A stretch of DNA of 62,471 nt, filler included, from 6 parts of 6 records of this genome joined end to end with filler, not necessarily neighbours in it; one strand, 5' to 3'. Shown: positions 46,379 to 56,230, counted from the whole stretch's first letter. Notes: generated by a model not told the origin, from the sequence alone. A program made the numbers and translations.

Positions 46379-48010
46379 TCAGCGCCCTCTTTTCTCAAGT
46401 TCCATAGCCCGGAGTTCCCGGCGTTTTATCTTGCCGGTTGCAGTCATGGGCAGGCCGGAAACAAATTCAAGTTCACGGGGGTATTCATGAGCGGCCAGCC
46501 TGGTTTTGACAAAAGAGCGTATTTCGTCTTTAAGGTTTTCATTTTCTTCATACTTGGGCTGCAGCACGATAAAGGCCTTGATTATTTCACCCCGCACTTC
46601 GTCGGGAACCCCGATTACCGCGGCCAGGGCAATGGAATGATGCTTCAAAAGACAGTCTTCTATTTCTGAAGGTCCGATGCGGTATCCGGCGCTGGTGATA
46701 AGGTCGTCCTTACGGCCGACGAACCAATAGTATCCGTCTTCATCCTTGCGGGCCAGGTCGCCCGAGCAGCACCAGTCCCCGATAAACTTGGCCCTGGTGG
46801 CCTCTGGATTGCGCCAGTATTCGAGAAACATCACCGGATCGGGTCTTAAGGAGGCTACTTCTCCGACCTGTCCAACCGGAACCGGGGCGCCTTCTTCATC
46901 AATGACTTCAACAGTGTGGCCGGGAATCGGCCTGCCCATGGAGCCCGGCCTGATTTCCATTATTTCCGAACAATTGCCGACTATAAGGTTGACTTCGGTC
47001 ATGCCGTAAAATTCGTTGACCGTAACGCCCATGTTTTCCCGGGCCCAGGCGAGCAGTTCTTCACCAAGTGTTTCGCCGCCGCAACCGATGGACCTGATGT
47101 TGAAGTCGAATTTTTCCATGGGATTTTTGACCTGGCGCATCATTTTTAGCGCCGTGGGCGGCATGAAAGCATTGCGGACCCCATGTTTGGCCATCATGTA
47201 AAAAGCTTGTTCAGGGTCAAATTTTCTGGCCCTAAAAGCTAGCACGGGAACACCATGATGCCAGGACGGCAACAACACGTCCAGCAGCCCGCCGGCCCAG
47301 GCCCAGTCGGCCGGAGTCCAGAAAAAATCATTTTCCCTGGGGAAAAAATTATGCGGGAATTCCACTCCGGGCATGTGGCCCAACAGGACCCGGTGGGGGT
47401 GAAGAGCGCCTTTGGGAGGCCCGGTGGTGCCCGATGTGTATATGAGTAAGGCCGGGTCGTCGGCCCCGGTCACGGCCGCGGCGAATTCGGATGAAGCCTT
47501 TTCCAGGGAATCCCAAAAGTTTAAAACGTCGTCCGGAGCCCTGCCGCCGGTTAGAATTATCAAATTCAGATCGGGCAACTTGTCCTTGATTTCAAGAATC
47601 TTGGGCAGATTTTCCAGGTCGACGATCACACCCCGCGCTCCACTGTCGGACAGCCGGTATTCAAGTGCGTCCGGCCCGAATAGGGTGAACAAAGGCACGG
47701 TAATCGCTCCGATTTTAAAAGCCGCTATGTGAGTCAAAGCTGTTTCCGGACATTGAGGCAGGAGTATGCCCAAACGGTCGCCCCTGGTTAAACCGTGCGA
47801 AGTCAGGGTGTTGGCCAGACGGTTGGACAATTTTTGGAGTTCTTCAAAAGTGTATTTTTTAATAAGACCTTTTTCGTCTTCGTAAACAAGAGCCAGGCGG
47901 TTAGATTCTCCGGCCCACTTGTCGCAGACGTCATAACCGATGTTGTAGTTTTCAGGGATGTTCCATTGAAAGTTATCGCAAGCTTCCTGATAAGTTCGTC
48001 CCTTAAGCAC
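46379..48010 (-). CDS. Acyl-CoA synthetase (AMP-forming)
   Basis: YTSGTTGPPKG, EFYGMTE, GDLA, GRKDD..GYRIGP, TATGKI. Confidence 0.92.
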   Translation of the reverse strand: MLKGRTYQEACDNFQWNIPENYNIGYDVCDKWAGESNRLALVYEDEKGLIKKYTFEELQKLSNRLANTLTSHGLTRGDRLGILLPQCPETALTHIAAFKIGAITVPLFTLFGPDALEYRLSDSGARGVIVDLENLPKILEIKDKLPDLNLIILTGGRAPDDVLNFWDSLEKASSEFAAAVTGADDPALLIYTSGTTGPPKGALHPHRVLLGHMPGVEFPHNFFPRENDFFWTPADWAWAGGLLDVLLPSWHHGVPVLAFRARKFDPEQAFYMMAKHGVRNAFMPPTALKMMRQVKNPMEKFDFNIRSIGCGGETLGEELLAWARENMGVTVNEFYGMTEVNLIVGNCSEIMEIRPGSMGRPIPGHTVEVIDEEGAPVPVGQVGEVASLRPDPVMFLEYWRNPEATRAKFIGDWCCSGDLARKDEDGYYWFVGRKDDLITSAGYRIGPSEIEDCLLKHHSIALAAVIGVPDEVRGEIIKAFIVLQPKYEENENLKDEIRSFVKTRLAAHEYPRELEFVSGLPMTATGKIKRRELRAMELEKRGR

Positions 48011-48071
48011 GGCAGTTCCCCTTTTCTAAAAACCGCTGGACATCTTATTAATGGTATTCCCTAACAGCTTC

Positions 48072-48221
48072 TCAGTTTGACGGGGGGTAAAGCTCATTGC
48101 CCGAAGGCTTTAAAAAATATCTCCCGTCCTCGGTAACCCCTACAAAACCATGAGTGACAAGCCCTTCCATGGCTTTGGCCCGGTAATTCCGGAAGCCGAA
48201 TTTCTGCCCCCTGGTAATAAT
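48072..48221 (-). CDS. 3' end of an unknown gene
   Basis: Open frame from the contig edge: IITRGQKFGFRNYRAKAMEGLVTHGFVGVTEDGRYFLKPSG..*. Confidence 0.35.
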   Translation of the reverse strand: MITRGQKFGFRNYRAKAMEGLVTHGFVGVTEDGRYFLKPSGNELYPPSN

Positions 48222-48223
48222 CC

Positions 48224-48323
48224 NNNNNNNNNNNNNNNNNNNNNNNNNNNNNNNNNNNNNNNNNNNNTTAATTAATTAANNNNNNNNNNNNNNNNNNNNN
48301 NNNNNNNNNNNNNNNNNNNNNNN
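48224..48323. other. Artificial contig spacer
   Basis: N44-TTAATTAATTAA-N44. Confidence 0.98.
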
Positions 48324-49417
48324 CGGATAAAGTGTTCGGCCAGAAGGATCACATCCTGCCCCCTCTCACGCAGGGGGGGCAGGAAGACGGGGAAAACGCC
48401 CAGCCTGTAGTAGAGGTCCTCCCTGAATCGCCCCTCCCGCACTTCGGTCCTGAGATCCTTGTTGCTGGCGGCTATGATCCTCACGTCGCAGCGAAGGGTT
48501 TTCTCTCCCCCGATCCGCTCGAACGTCCCCTCCTGGAGGGTCCGGAGAATCTTGGGCTGTATCTCCGGAGGAAGATCGCCTATCTCATCCAGAAAAAGGG
48601 TTCCCCCGTCGGCCATCTCAAACCGTCCCTTTCTCTGGCTGAGGGCTGAAGTAAAGGCTCCCTTTTCATGCCCGAAAAGTTCGCTTTCCGCCAGAGACGC
48701 ATTGAGTGCCGAACAATTCAGGGTGATAAAAGGCCCCTCTCGGCGGGGGCTCAGCTCGTGCACGGTACGGGCAGTCTGCTCCTTTCCCGTCCCCGTCTCT
48801 CCCTGCACGAGTACGGGCAGTTCCGATGAGGCTACCGTTTTCACCAGTTCCAACACGATCTCCCAGGCGGGAGAGTCGCCGATGATGTGGCGGAACTCGT
48901 CCCTGTTGGCATTGAGGAGGAGGTTCCTCTCCAGGGTCAGGTTCTTTCTCATGGCGTCCAGATAGAGACTGGAGTCGTTCTGATCGATGATCACGGCTAT
49001 CAATCGGGAGAGGGTGCCGATAAAACGGACGATGGAGGGGGAGAAGCGACCGCAGACGGAATGATCGAAGGTCATAAGTCCGATGGGCTGATTCTGCACA
49101 TAGAGGGGGGCCACCAGACAGGAGTGCTCTTGCGGCATATCCAGCACCTCCGCATAGGTGTCCATATGCTCCTCGTGCTCTTCAAAAAGATAGGGCTCAT
49201 TGATGGAGAGCAGCCTGGCAATGTCCGTCCTCTGTCTCAGATTGATCTCGAAGCTGTGCAAATCATCATTTACCAAAGGGCCGCTGGCCTTCTGCACGAC
49301 AAGCCTCTCATCCTCAAACAATTTGAGGATAACGGCGAGCTCAAAGTCCACAAGATCGTTGACCGCTTCAAGGATCAGCTCCAATACCCTTTCCGTAGAG
49401 TTTTCCAATATTGCCAC
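48324..49417 (-). CDS. NorR-like GAF + sigma54-activator (bEBP), 3' partial
   Basis: GTG start after GGAGG; GAF with [47 protein letters not shown]. Confidence 0.88.
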
Positions 49418-49425
49418 AAGGCCTC

Positions 49426-49491
49426 CAGCCCACCGAAATATGGGTTTTAACGATATATCGTTACAAAAATAACCCATATTTCGGTGGGCTG
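49426..49491. repeat. Perfect 21-bp inverted repeat enclosing a 16-bp palindrome; probable enhancer (UAS)
   Basis: CAGCCCACCGAAATATGGGTT (49426-49446) / AACCCATATTTCGGTGGGCTG (49471-49491); inner TAACGATATATCGTTA (49448-49463). Confidence 0.85.
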
Positions 49492-49580
49492 CAAGAATAA
49501 TAAAACGGCGTTCTGAAACGATAAAACATATCTTATTTACCAATAAGGAATTAAAAAAATACGAAAAAGAATCATCATAA

Positions 49581-49596
49581 TGGCACAGCCCTTGCA
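49581..49596 (+). promoter_or_regulatory. Sigma54 (-24/-12) promoter of the peroxiredoxin gene
   Basis: TGGCAC-AGCCC-TTGCA, consensus match, 46 bp before the ATG. Confidence 0.88.
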
Positions 49597-49641
49597 ATAT
49601 GATGAGCGTAACAAAATAACAATTATCTTAGGAGAAAAACA

Positions 49642-50289
49642 ATGGAAGAAAAAAGCATCAACATGCCCCTGCTGGGAGATGACTTCCCCCAGATGAACGT
49701 ACAGACCACCCACGGCCCTATGGACCTTCCCGGCGATATGAAGGGCAGCTGGTTCGTCCTGTTCAGCCACCCCGCAGACTTCACTCCCGTCTGCACAACC
49801 GAATTCGTCGGCTTCCAGAAGAAGATGAAAGAGTTTGAAGAGATGGGCGTCAAGCTGATCGGCATGTCCGTGGATCAGGTCTTCAGCCATATCAAGTGGG
49901 TGGACTGGATCAAAGAGAAACTGGATGTGGAGATAACCTTCCCCGTCGTTGCCGCCAACGACAGCATTGCCAACAAGCTGGGCATGCTCCACCCGGGCAA
50001 AGGCAGCAACACGGTTCGCGCGGTCTTTATCGTAGATCCGGAAGGAAAGGTTCGCCTGACCCTCTACTATCCCCAGGAGATAGGACGGAACATGGCAGAG
50101 GTGGTCAGATCCGTTAAGGCTCTTCAGATTTCCGATGCCAACGGCGTGGCCGTTCCCGCCAACTGGCCGGAGAACGAGCTGATAAAAGACAGGGTGATCA
50201 TCCCTCCCGCAAGCAACCAGCAGGATGCGGCGAAAAGACTGGAACAGTACGAGGGCTTCGACTGGTGGTTCTGCCATAAGGAACTGTAA
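49642..50289 (+). CDS. Peroxiredoxin (Prx6 subfamily)
   Basis: [35 protein letters not shown]-terminal DWWFC. Confidence 0.93.
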   Translation: MEEKSINMPLLGDDFPQMNVQTTHGPMDLPGDMKGSWFVLFSHPADFTPVCTTEFVGFQKKMKEFEEMGVKLIGMSVDQVFSHIKWVDWIKEKLDVEITFPVVAANDSIANKLGMLHPGKGSNTVRAVFIVDPEGKVRLTLYYPQEIGRNMAEVVRSVKALQISDANGVAVPANWPENELIKDRVIIPPASNQQDAAKRLEQYEGFDWWFCHKEL

Positions 50290-50312
50290 AAAGCCATTGG
50301 AAGCAGGATCAA

Positions 50313-50340
50313 AAGGCGGGCCCGGGGGCTCGTCTTTATT
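50313..50340. terminator. Probable terminator between convergent genes
   Basis: AAGGCGGGCCC..GGGCTCGTCTTT hairpin. Confidence 0.5.
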
Positions 50341-50364
50341 GCGCCTCTCAAGAAGGGAATGGAA

Positions 50365-52689
50365 TCAGATCCTGTTCTGGGAAAAATCGCGGATAAAGTT
50401 CAGGGCGTCCGGCTCTCCCAGCGGTTTGCTGAAGTAGTATCCCTGAAAAATCCGACAGCCCATTTTCATCAGGCTTTCCAGCTGGTCCTTGTCTTCCACC
50501 CCTTCTGCGACCGACAGGAGAGAGAAGGTTTCGGCCAGAGAGATGATCATCTTTACCACCTGATGCTCCCTCCCCTCCAGCACGATCCTGTCTACGAAGC
50601 TCTTGTCCACTTTCATGATATCGATGGGAAGCATGGTCAGATAGTTCAGGGAAGAGTAACCCGTGCCGAAGTCGTCCAGATAGATCAGGACCCCCCTCTC
50701 CCTGAAGCGTACCAGCTGCTCGATCACAAAGTCTTTGTTCTCCATAACCGCCGTTTCGGTGATCTCAATCCCGATCATCCTGGGAGGGATCCTCATCTCG
50801 TCCAGGATCCTGAAAAAGGACTCATAGAATCCCGAGTTCAGAAGCTGTACGGCCGAGACGTTGACGGAAACCCGAAAATCCTCCAGGTCTCCGTAAAAAG
50901 CCCTTACCCTCTGCAGGAAGCGGCAGGACTCCTCAATGACAAACTCTCCCAGAGCATTGATCAGCCCAGACTGTTCCGCCAGCAGGATGAACTCGTCGGG
51001 AGGGATGAAACCGAGCCGCGGGGAGTTCCATCGAATCAGGGCCTCAAAGCCTATCACCCTGGAAGCCAGGGGATCCACCTTGGGCTGGAAGTTCAGATAG
51101 AACTCCTTCCTGACGATGGCTTCCTCCATCTCGTTCATTATCTCAAGATGACGCTGCATCTCGCTCTTCAGATCCTCGCTGTAGACGCAGACCCCGTTCT
51201 TACCCCTCTCCTTGGCCTTGTACATGGCGATTTCCGCCTTCTTGATCAGACCGTCGCCGCTGTTGTCGGCATCGGAGATATAGGCAAGGCCGAGGCTGAA
51301 GTTCAGACGGATCTCGATATCGTCCATGGAGAAAGAAGCGATATCCCTCTGCAACCTCTTGAAGAACTGGTTTTCATCCACCACCGTATCCAGATAGAGG
51401 GCGAAGATATTTCCGCTGAGACAGCTGACGGCCTTTATATAGGAGTCCGTCTTCTCTCTGAGAAGGGTTCCCACCTTGCTCAGGATGCGGTCCCCCGTCT
51501 CATAGCCGAAGGAATCGTTAAAGAAGCGGAAGTTGTCAATGTCCAGAATGGCCACACAGGAAACGAAGAAGCCCTCCCGGTTCTCCTCGATGTAGTTCAC
51601 CAGGGACTGACGATTCATCAATCCCGTAAGGTTATCCTTGTAGGCAGAATCGTATATCCTGCGGGATTGTTCATACTCCCTGCTTGTGTCCCGTATCACG
51701 ATGATCTGATGGACAGCGCCGTCCTCGACGGAGCTGTAATTTCTGACGGAGAGGCGCAGGCGTTTTCTCTCCCCCTTGAGCAGATAGAAGATCTCTTTCT
51801 CCGCTTCGCTCAGCTTCTGCGCTTTCAGCTCCGCCCAGATCCCCATCACCTCAACCGACTCTTCGGGAGCCAGATGGGACTCGAATTTCCTGTCCAGCTC
51901 CTCCATGGAGGAAGTGCTGAAACCCAGTATATCCTTGCTCCGGGGAGACATGAGAACGCTGTTCTCTTTCTGGTTGATATCGACGATGCCGTCCTCCGAC
52001 AGCTCCAAAACCTTTTCCAGGCGCTCAGTTTCAGCCCGGTACTGGGTATTCAGGCCGGAGATCTCATCCAGATGCCGTGAAATCGCCGCGATCTTTGAAT
52101 CCAGCAGCCTCTCGTGTTTTCTGTAGAGGCGGAATGCCAGAAGGCTGATCACATAGGCCGTGAGAAGGGAGACGAAAGAACCGATGTAAAATCCGGCGTT
52201 CAGAGAGGGACCGGAGGCGGGATGGAGCCAGAAGGAGTAGAGGATAAGGCAAAGGTATAATCCGCAGAGGATGGAAAGAGAAACGGTTCTGTAATTGACA
52301 TTGACTGAGATGAGAAAGGCCGTAAAGAAAACACCCATAAGGACATAGCCGTGCTCCAGGGTCAGATACTGCTGAAGGATGACCACAACGATGATGAAGG
52401 CGAAAAAAGCATGGTTCCTCAACTCCGGTTTTACGCCCAGACGTTTAAGAAGTACATGCACGAGGGTCATCAATCCCAGAGAACCGTTCCCCAGGATATA
52501 AACAAGATGTTTGTACGATCCGGCCAGCTCCGCGTAGTGGATGGTCACGGCCAACAGGATATTGACAAGTATGAGTGATAAAAGCTGAATTCGATAGTAA
52601 TAATGGAGGCGTTCCTCTCTGAGAACGCTTCCTTCATCCGGATTACCGGGCATATTATGAAATTCTCCATTCAGTTTTAGTTCTGTCAT
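50365..52689 (-). CDS. Membrane PAS-GGDEF(degenerate)-EAL c-di-GMP phosphodiesterase
   Basis: About 6 N-terminal TM; GGDEF replaced by SGNIF; FEALIRW, IEITE, DDFGTGYSS, VAEGVE intact. Confidence 0.88.
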   Translation of the reverse strand: MTELKLNGEFHNMPGNPDEGSVLREERLHYYYRIQLLSLILVNILLAVTIHYAELAGSYKHLVYILGNGSLGLMTLVHVLLKRLGVKPELRNHAFFAFIIVVVILQQYLTLEHGYVLMGVFFTAFLISVNVNYRTVSLSILCGLYLCLILYSFWLHPASGPSLNAGFYIGSFVSLLTAYVISLLAFRLYRKHERLLDSKIAAISRHLDEISGLNTQYRAETERLEKVLELSEDGIVDINQKENSVLMSPRSKDILGFSTSSMEELDRKFESHLAPEESVEVMGIWAELKAQKLSEAEKEIFYLLKGERKRLRLSVRNYSSVEDGAVHQIIVIRDTSREYEQSRRIYDSAYKDNLTGLMNRQSLVNYIEENREGFFVSCVAILDIDNFRFFNDSFGYETGDRILSKVGTLLREKTDSYIKAVSCLSGNIFALYLDTVVDENQFFKRLQRDIASFSMDDIEIRLNFSLGLAYISDADNSGDGLIKKAEIAMYKAKERGKNGVCVYSEDLKSEMQRHLEIMNEMEEAIVRKEFYLNFQPKVDPLASRVIGFEALIRWNSPRLGFIPPDEFILLAEQSGLINALGEFVIEESCRFLQRVRAFYGDLEDFRVSVNVSAVQLLNSGFYESFFRILDEMRIPPRMIGIEITETAVMENKDFVIEQLVRFRERGVLIYLDDFGTGYSSLNYLTMLPIDIMKVDKSFVDRIVLEGREHQVVKMIISLAETFSLLSVAEGVEDKDQLESLMKMGCRIFQGYYFSKPLGEPDALNFIRDFSQNRI

Positions 52690-52732
52690 AGAGTATAACG
52701 GTCAATGCCCGGGGAAACCAATCTTTTTTTGA

Positions 52733-53746
52733 TCAGCCCCTGTATCCCTTCGGGTTCTCGCTCTGCCACTTCCAGGCGGAGGAGACCATCTCGTTCAGCC
52801 CCAGTTCGGCCTTCCACTCCAGCTCCTTCTCAGCATAGGCGGGATCTCCGTAAACCGTGGCGATATCTCCGGACCGGCGGGGGCCGAACTCCCAGGAGAT
52901 CTCATGCCCGCAAACCTCCTCGAAAGCCTTGATCATCTCGAGAACGGAATAGCCTTTCCCTGTTCCCACATTGTAGATATTCACTCCCTTTTTCGCCTTG
53001 AGCTTGTCCAGAGCCTTCACATGGGCCTTGGCCAGATCGACGACGTGGATGTAGTCTCTGACGCCCGTGCCGTCGGGGGTGGGCCAGTCGTTGCCGAAGA
53101 CCATGACTTTTTCACGGACCCCCGCCGCCACCTGTGACACGAAGGGAAGGAGGTTGTTGGGATACTCGGGATCTTCGCCGATCCTGCCGGAGGGATGGGC
53201 CCCTACGGGATTGAAGTAGCGGAGGATGGTCACGTCCCAGTCCTTGGCGTTGGCCGCGTCGATCAGGATCTGCTCCATCATAAGCTTGGTCTGCCCGTAG
53301 GGATTGGTCGCCTGAAGACGGGCATCCTCTTTTACGGGCACCGATTCGGGGTCTCCGTACACCGTAGCAGAAGAAGAGAAAACAAGCTGTTTCACTCCCT
53401 TCTCATCCATCACCTTATAGAGGTTGAGGGATCCGGTAATATTGTTTTCATAGTACATAAGGGGCTTTTCAACCGACTCTCCCACGGCTTTGAGGGCGGC
53501 GAAATGGATGACCCCCGAGATCTCGGGCTCGCTGTCGAAAACCCTGCGCAGGGCGTCAACATCCTTGAGGTCCACCTCGTAGAAAGGCAGCTTCTTCCCG
53601 CTCAGTTCCTCTACACGGCGTACCGACTCCATGGAAGAGTTGCAGAAATTATCCGCAAGGACGATATCATAGCCTGCCGCCAGCAGTTCAATATTGGTAT
53701 GGGAGGCGATGTATCCGGCCCCTCCGGTAATCAAGATTTTTGACAT
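52733..53746 (-). CDS. galE: UDP-glucose 4-epimerase
   Basis: ITGGAGYIASH, HFAALKAVGES, FSSSATVYG, PYGQTK, LRYFNPVGAH. Confidence 0.96.
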   Translation of the reverse strand: MSKILITGGAGYIASHTNIELLAAGYDIVLADNFCNSSMESVRRVEELSGKKLPFYEVDLKDVDALRRVFDSEPEISGVIHFAALKAVGESVEKPLMYYENNITGSLNLYKVMDEKGVKQLVFSSSATVYGDPESVPVKEDARLQATNPYGQTKLMMEQILIDAANAKDWDVTILRYFNPVGAHPSGRIGEDPEYPNNLLPFVSQVAAGVREKVMVFGNDWPTPDGTGVRDYIHVVDLAKAHVKALDKLKAKKGVNIYNVGTGKGYSVLEMIKAFEEVCGHEISWEFGPRRSGDIATVYGDPAYAEKELEWKAELGLNEMVSSAWKWQSENPKGYRG

Positions 53747-53758
53747 GGTTCACTCCTT

Positions 53759-53858
53759 NNNNNNNNNNNNNNNNNNNNNNNNNNNNNNNNNNNNNNNNNN
53801 NNTTAATTAATTAANNNNNNNNNNNNNNNNNNNNNNNNNNNNNNNNNNNNNNNNNNNN
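53759..53858. other. Artificial contig spacer
   Basis: N44-TTAATTAATTAA-N44. Confidence 0.98.
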
Positions 53859-53859
53859 A

Positions 53860-55425
53860 AAAGATTCTAACCTTATTGGTCAATTTGGAGTAGGGTTTTA
53901 TTCTGTATTTATGGTAGCTGATAAAGTAGATGTTATCTCGAAGAGAGCTGGTGAAGAGCAAGCATACAAATGGTCAAGTGATGGATCAGGTGAGTTTGAT
54001 TTAGCACCTTGTGTAAAAGATGAAAGTGGTACAGTTATCTACATCAAACTAAAAGAAGATGAAGTGAGTGATTATACTGGAAAGTTTAGAGTAGAAAATA
54101 TTGTAAAAAAATATTCTAACCATATTGCGTATCCAATTTTCTTAAACTATTCAGAGGAAGTAACTGAAGAGTTAAGTGAAGAAGATAAAGAAGCTGGGAA
54201 AGAGCCTGCGAAAACAATTGAGAAAAAAAGAGAACAGATCAATGAAGCAACGGCACTTTGGACACTACCTAAATCAAAAGTAAAACCTGAAGAGTATGTG
54301 GAGTTTTATAAAACTATCTCTCATGATTCTGAAGAGCCAATGCTTCACGTTCATACAAAAGCTGAGGGTGTAAATGAGTATACTACATTATTCTATATCC
54401 CAGCAAAAGCTCCAATGGATATGTATAGAGTAGATTATCAACCAGGTGTAAAGCTTTATGTAAAAAGAGTATTTATCACTGACGATGAGAAAGAGTTACT
54501 TCCAACATATCTTCGATTTGTAAGAGGTATTATAGACTCGGAAGATCTTCCACTAAATGTAAGTAGAGAGATCTTACAAGAAAATAGAATTATGGCAAAT
54601 ATTAAGCAAGGTTCTGTGAAAAAGATTTTAGGTGAGATTAAAAAGCTTTCTAAAGATGAAGAAAAATATGAAAAATTCATCACTGAGTATAATAGACCTT
54701 TAAAAGAAGGTTTATACCAAGATTATACAAATAAAGATGCTATTTTAGAGCTTGTAAGATATAAATCTACAAATGATGAAGCAAAAATGACTTCATTAGC
54801 AGCATATAAAGAGAGAGCTGATAGTGAACAAAAAGCGATCTATTATATCGTAGGGGAAGATGAAAAAGTTCTTAGAAACTCTCCACTCCTTGAAGCGTAT
54901 AAGAAAAACAATATTGAAGTACTTATTTTAGATGATAAAGAGATCGATGAGATTGTAACACCAGCAATTGGTGCATACCAAGAGTGGGATCTCAAAGATA
55001 TCACTTCGTGTGAAGCTCCAAAGACTGAGCAAACAGAAGAAGAGAAAAAAGAGGTAGAGGAGAAATTCAAATCTATCGTTGAGAAAGTAAAAGAAAAGCT
55101 TGGTGAGTCTGTAAAAGAGGTAAAAACTACAAATAGACTAAGTGATTCTCCATCTTGCGTTGTAAAAGATGCAAACGATCCTATGGCTTCAATGGCGCAT
55201 ATGTTTAGACAAATGGGACAAGAGATGCCAGAGTCTGCACCAATCTTAGAGATCAATCCAGATCATGAGATCGTTCAAAAATTAAATGGATGTGAAGATG
55301 ATGCTATGATCGATGATGTAGCATGGTTACTTCTTGATCAAGCAAAAATGAGTGAAGGTATGGAGATTAAAGATCCAGTTAGCTTTACAAAACGATTAAA
55401 TCGTGTAATGGCGAAGTCTTTCTAA
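53860..55425 (+). CDS. htpG: Chaperone HtpG (Hsp90), 5' partial
   Basis: LIGQFGVGFYS, KLYVKRVFI, IDSEDLPLNVSRE, ILEINPDH. Confidence 0.96.
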   Translation, partial: KDSNLIGQFGVGFYSVFMVADKVDVISKRAGEEQAYKWSSDGSGEFDLAPCVKDESGTVIYIKLKEDEVSDYTGKFRVENIVKKYSNHIAYPIFLNYSEEVTEELSEEDKEAGKEPAKTIEKKREQINEATALWTLPKSKVKPEEYVEFYKTISHDSEEPMLHVHTKAEGVNEYTTLFYIPAKAPMDMYRVDYQPGVKLYVKRVFITDDEKELLPTYLRFVRGIIDSEDLPLNVSREILQENRIMANIKQGSVKKILGEIKKLSKDEEKYEKFITEYNRPLKEGLYQDYTNKDAILELVRYKSTNDEAKMTSLAAYKERADSEQKAIYYIVGEDEKVLRNSPLLEAYKKNNIEVLILDDKEIDEIVTPAIGAYQEWDLKDITSCEAPKTEQTEEEKKEVEEKFKSIVEKVKEKLGESVKEVKTTNRLSDSPSCVVKDANDPMASMAHMFRQMGQEMPESAPILEINPDHEIVQKLNGCEDDAMIDDVAWLLLDQAKMSEGMEIKDPVSFTKRLNRVMAKSF

Positions 55426-55630
55426 GACTTCCCATAAAAGTCTTAAAAAGTTACTTTCTTTTATAGAAATAGTAATATTAAATCATTATTTTTATATTCT
55501 TACCTATACTAAACACTATATTTTATAGGAAATAATAGTTATTAATATCTCTTTTTTTCTCATTTTAGTCTTTAAAAAGTAGTAAATTTATTTTACTTTA
55601 AGCTTACTAGTGTCATAATTCGAATAGTTA

Positions 55631-55712
55631 AATTGTTAAAGCCAAACTTATCGCGAGGTAAGGACGGAAAGCCACGGGTCTTTTGAGAAAAGACAGCCGA
55701 GTTACCAAAATA
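55631..55712 (+). ncRNA. c-di-GMP-I (GEMM) riboswitch, copy 1
   Basis: GCCAAAC-TTATC-GCGA-GGTAA-GGACGGAAAGCCACGGGTC...GACAGCCGAGTTACC matches the GEMM P2/P3 consensus. Confidence 0.88.
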
Positions 55713-55821
55713 GATCTTTTGATATCTCATATATCAAAGTATTTCAACTCGACACATTTCTTAAAAATCATTTTTCGTATTATTTTAACAGTTTAGGTTT
55801 TTTCAATTAATTGTTGAATTG

Positions 55822-55900
55822 TTTTTATTGCCAAACCTATTGCGAGATAGGGACGGAAAGCCACGGGTCTTTTAAAGAAAAGATAGCCGAGTTGCATAAA
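55822..55900 (+). ncRNA. c-di-GMP-I (GEMM) riboswitch, copy 2
   Basis: GCCAAAC-CTATT-GCGA-GATAG-GGACGGAAAGCCACGGGTC...GATAGCCGAGTTGC; P1 TTTAT/ATAAA. Confidence 0.88.
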
Positions 55901-56024
55901 TATATTGAGAAGAATTCTCTTCTTTGTAAATATATTTTTCTAAACCGCTATATCCCTTTAAATACTTTCCTGTGACATAAATCAATTTTAAATCTACATT
56001 GATAGATATTTTAAGGAGCATGTC

Positions 56025-56207
56025 ATGTTAGAGTTTTTAAAAAGAAGATTAAGAAGTGAAAAAGGTGCGATGGATAAAGTTATCGTAACTTTACTGTTAG
56101 TTGTTGTTGGTGCTATTGCAGTTGTTGGATTAAGTGGTTGGGTAACAGGAGAGTCTGCAAATATTCAGACTGCAGCTGAAACACAAATTACGAATGCTGG
56201 TGGTTGA
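56025..56207 (+). CDS. flp: Flp-type pilin with non-canonical N-terminus
   Basis: 60 aa; basic leader RRLRSEKG|A then a hydrophobic helix; AAGGAG RBS; first gene of a tad locus. Confidence 0.75.
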   Translation: MLEFLKRRLRSEKGAMDKVIVTLLLVVVGAIAVVGLSGWVTGESANIQTAAETQITNAGG

Positions 56208-56230
56208 TTTATAGCCTAATAGTATATATG

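Noticed and set aside
49418-49597. N-terminal extension of the sigma54-activator ORF
   Set aside because: Spans the inverted repeat and the prx promoter; the GTG at 49417 has a GGAGG RBS.
50359-52080. 573-aa plus-strand ORF
   Set aside because: Antisense shadow of the GGDEF-EAL gene, which carries all the recognisable motifs.
13654-53858. Five identical TTAATTAATTAA motifs flanked by N runs
   Set aside because: Artificial six-frame-stop linkers joining contigs. They are not a biological repeat, and functional links across them (e.g. DGC or PDE genes to the riboswitches) are unsupported.
55631-55900. The two near-identical segments as a CRISPR array, REP or IS ends
   Set aside because: Only two copies, no cas or transposase gene, and the sequence matches the c-di-GMP-I aptamer with covarying stems.
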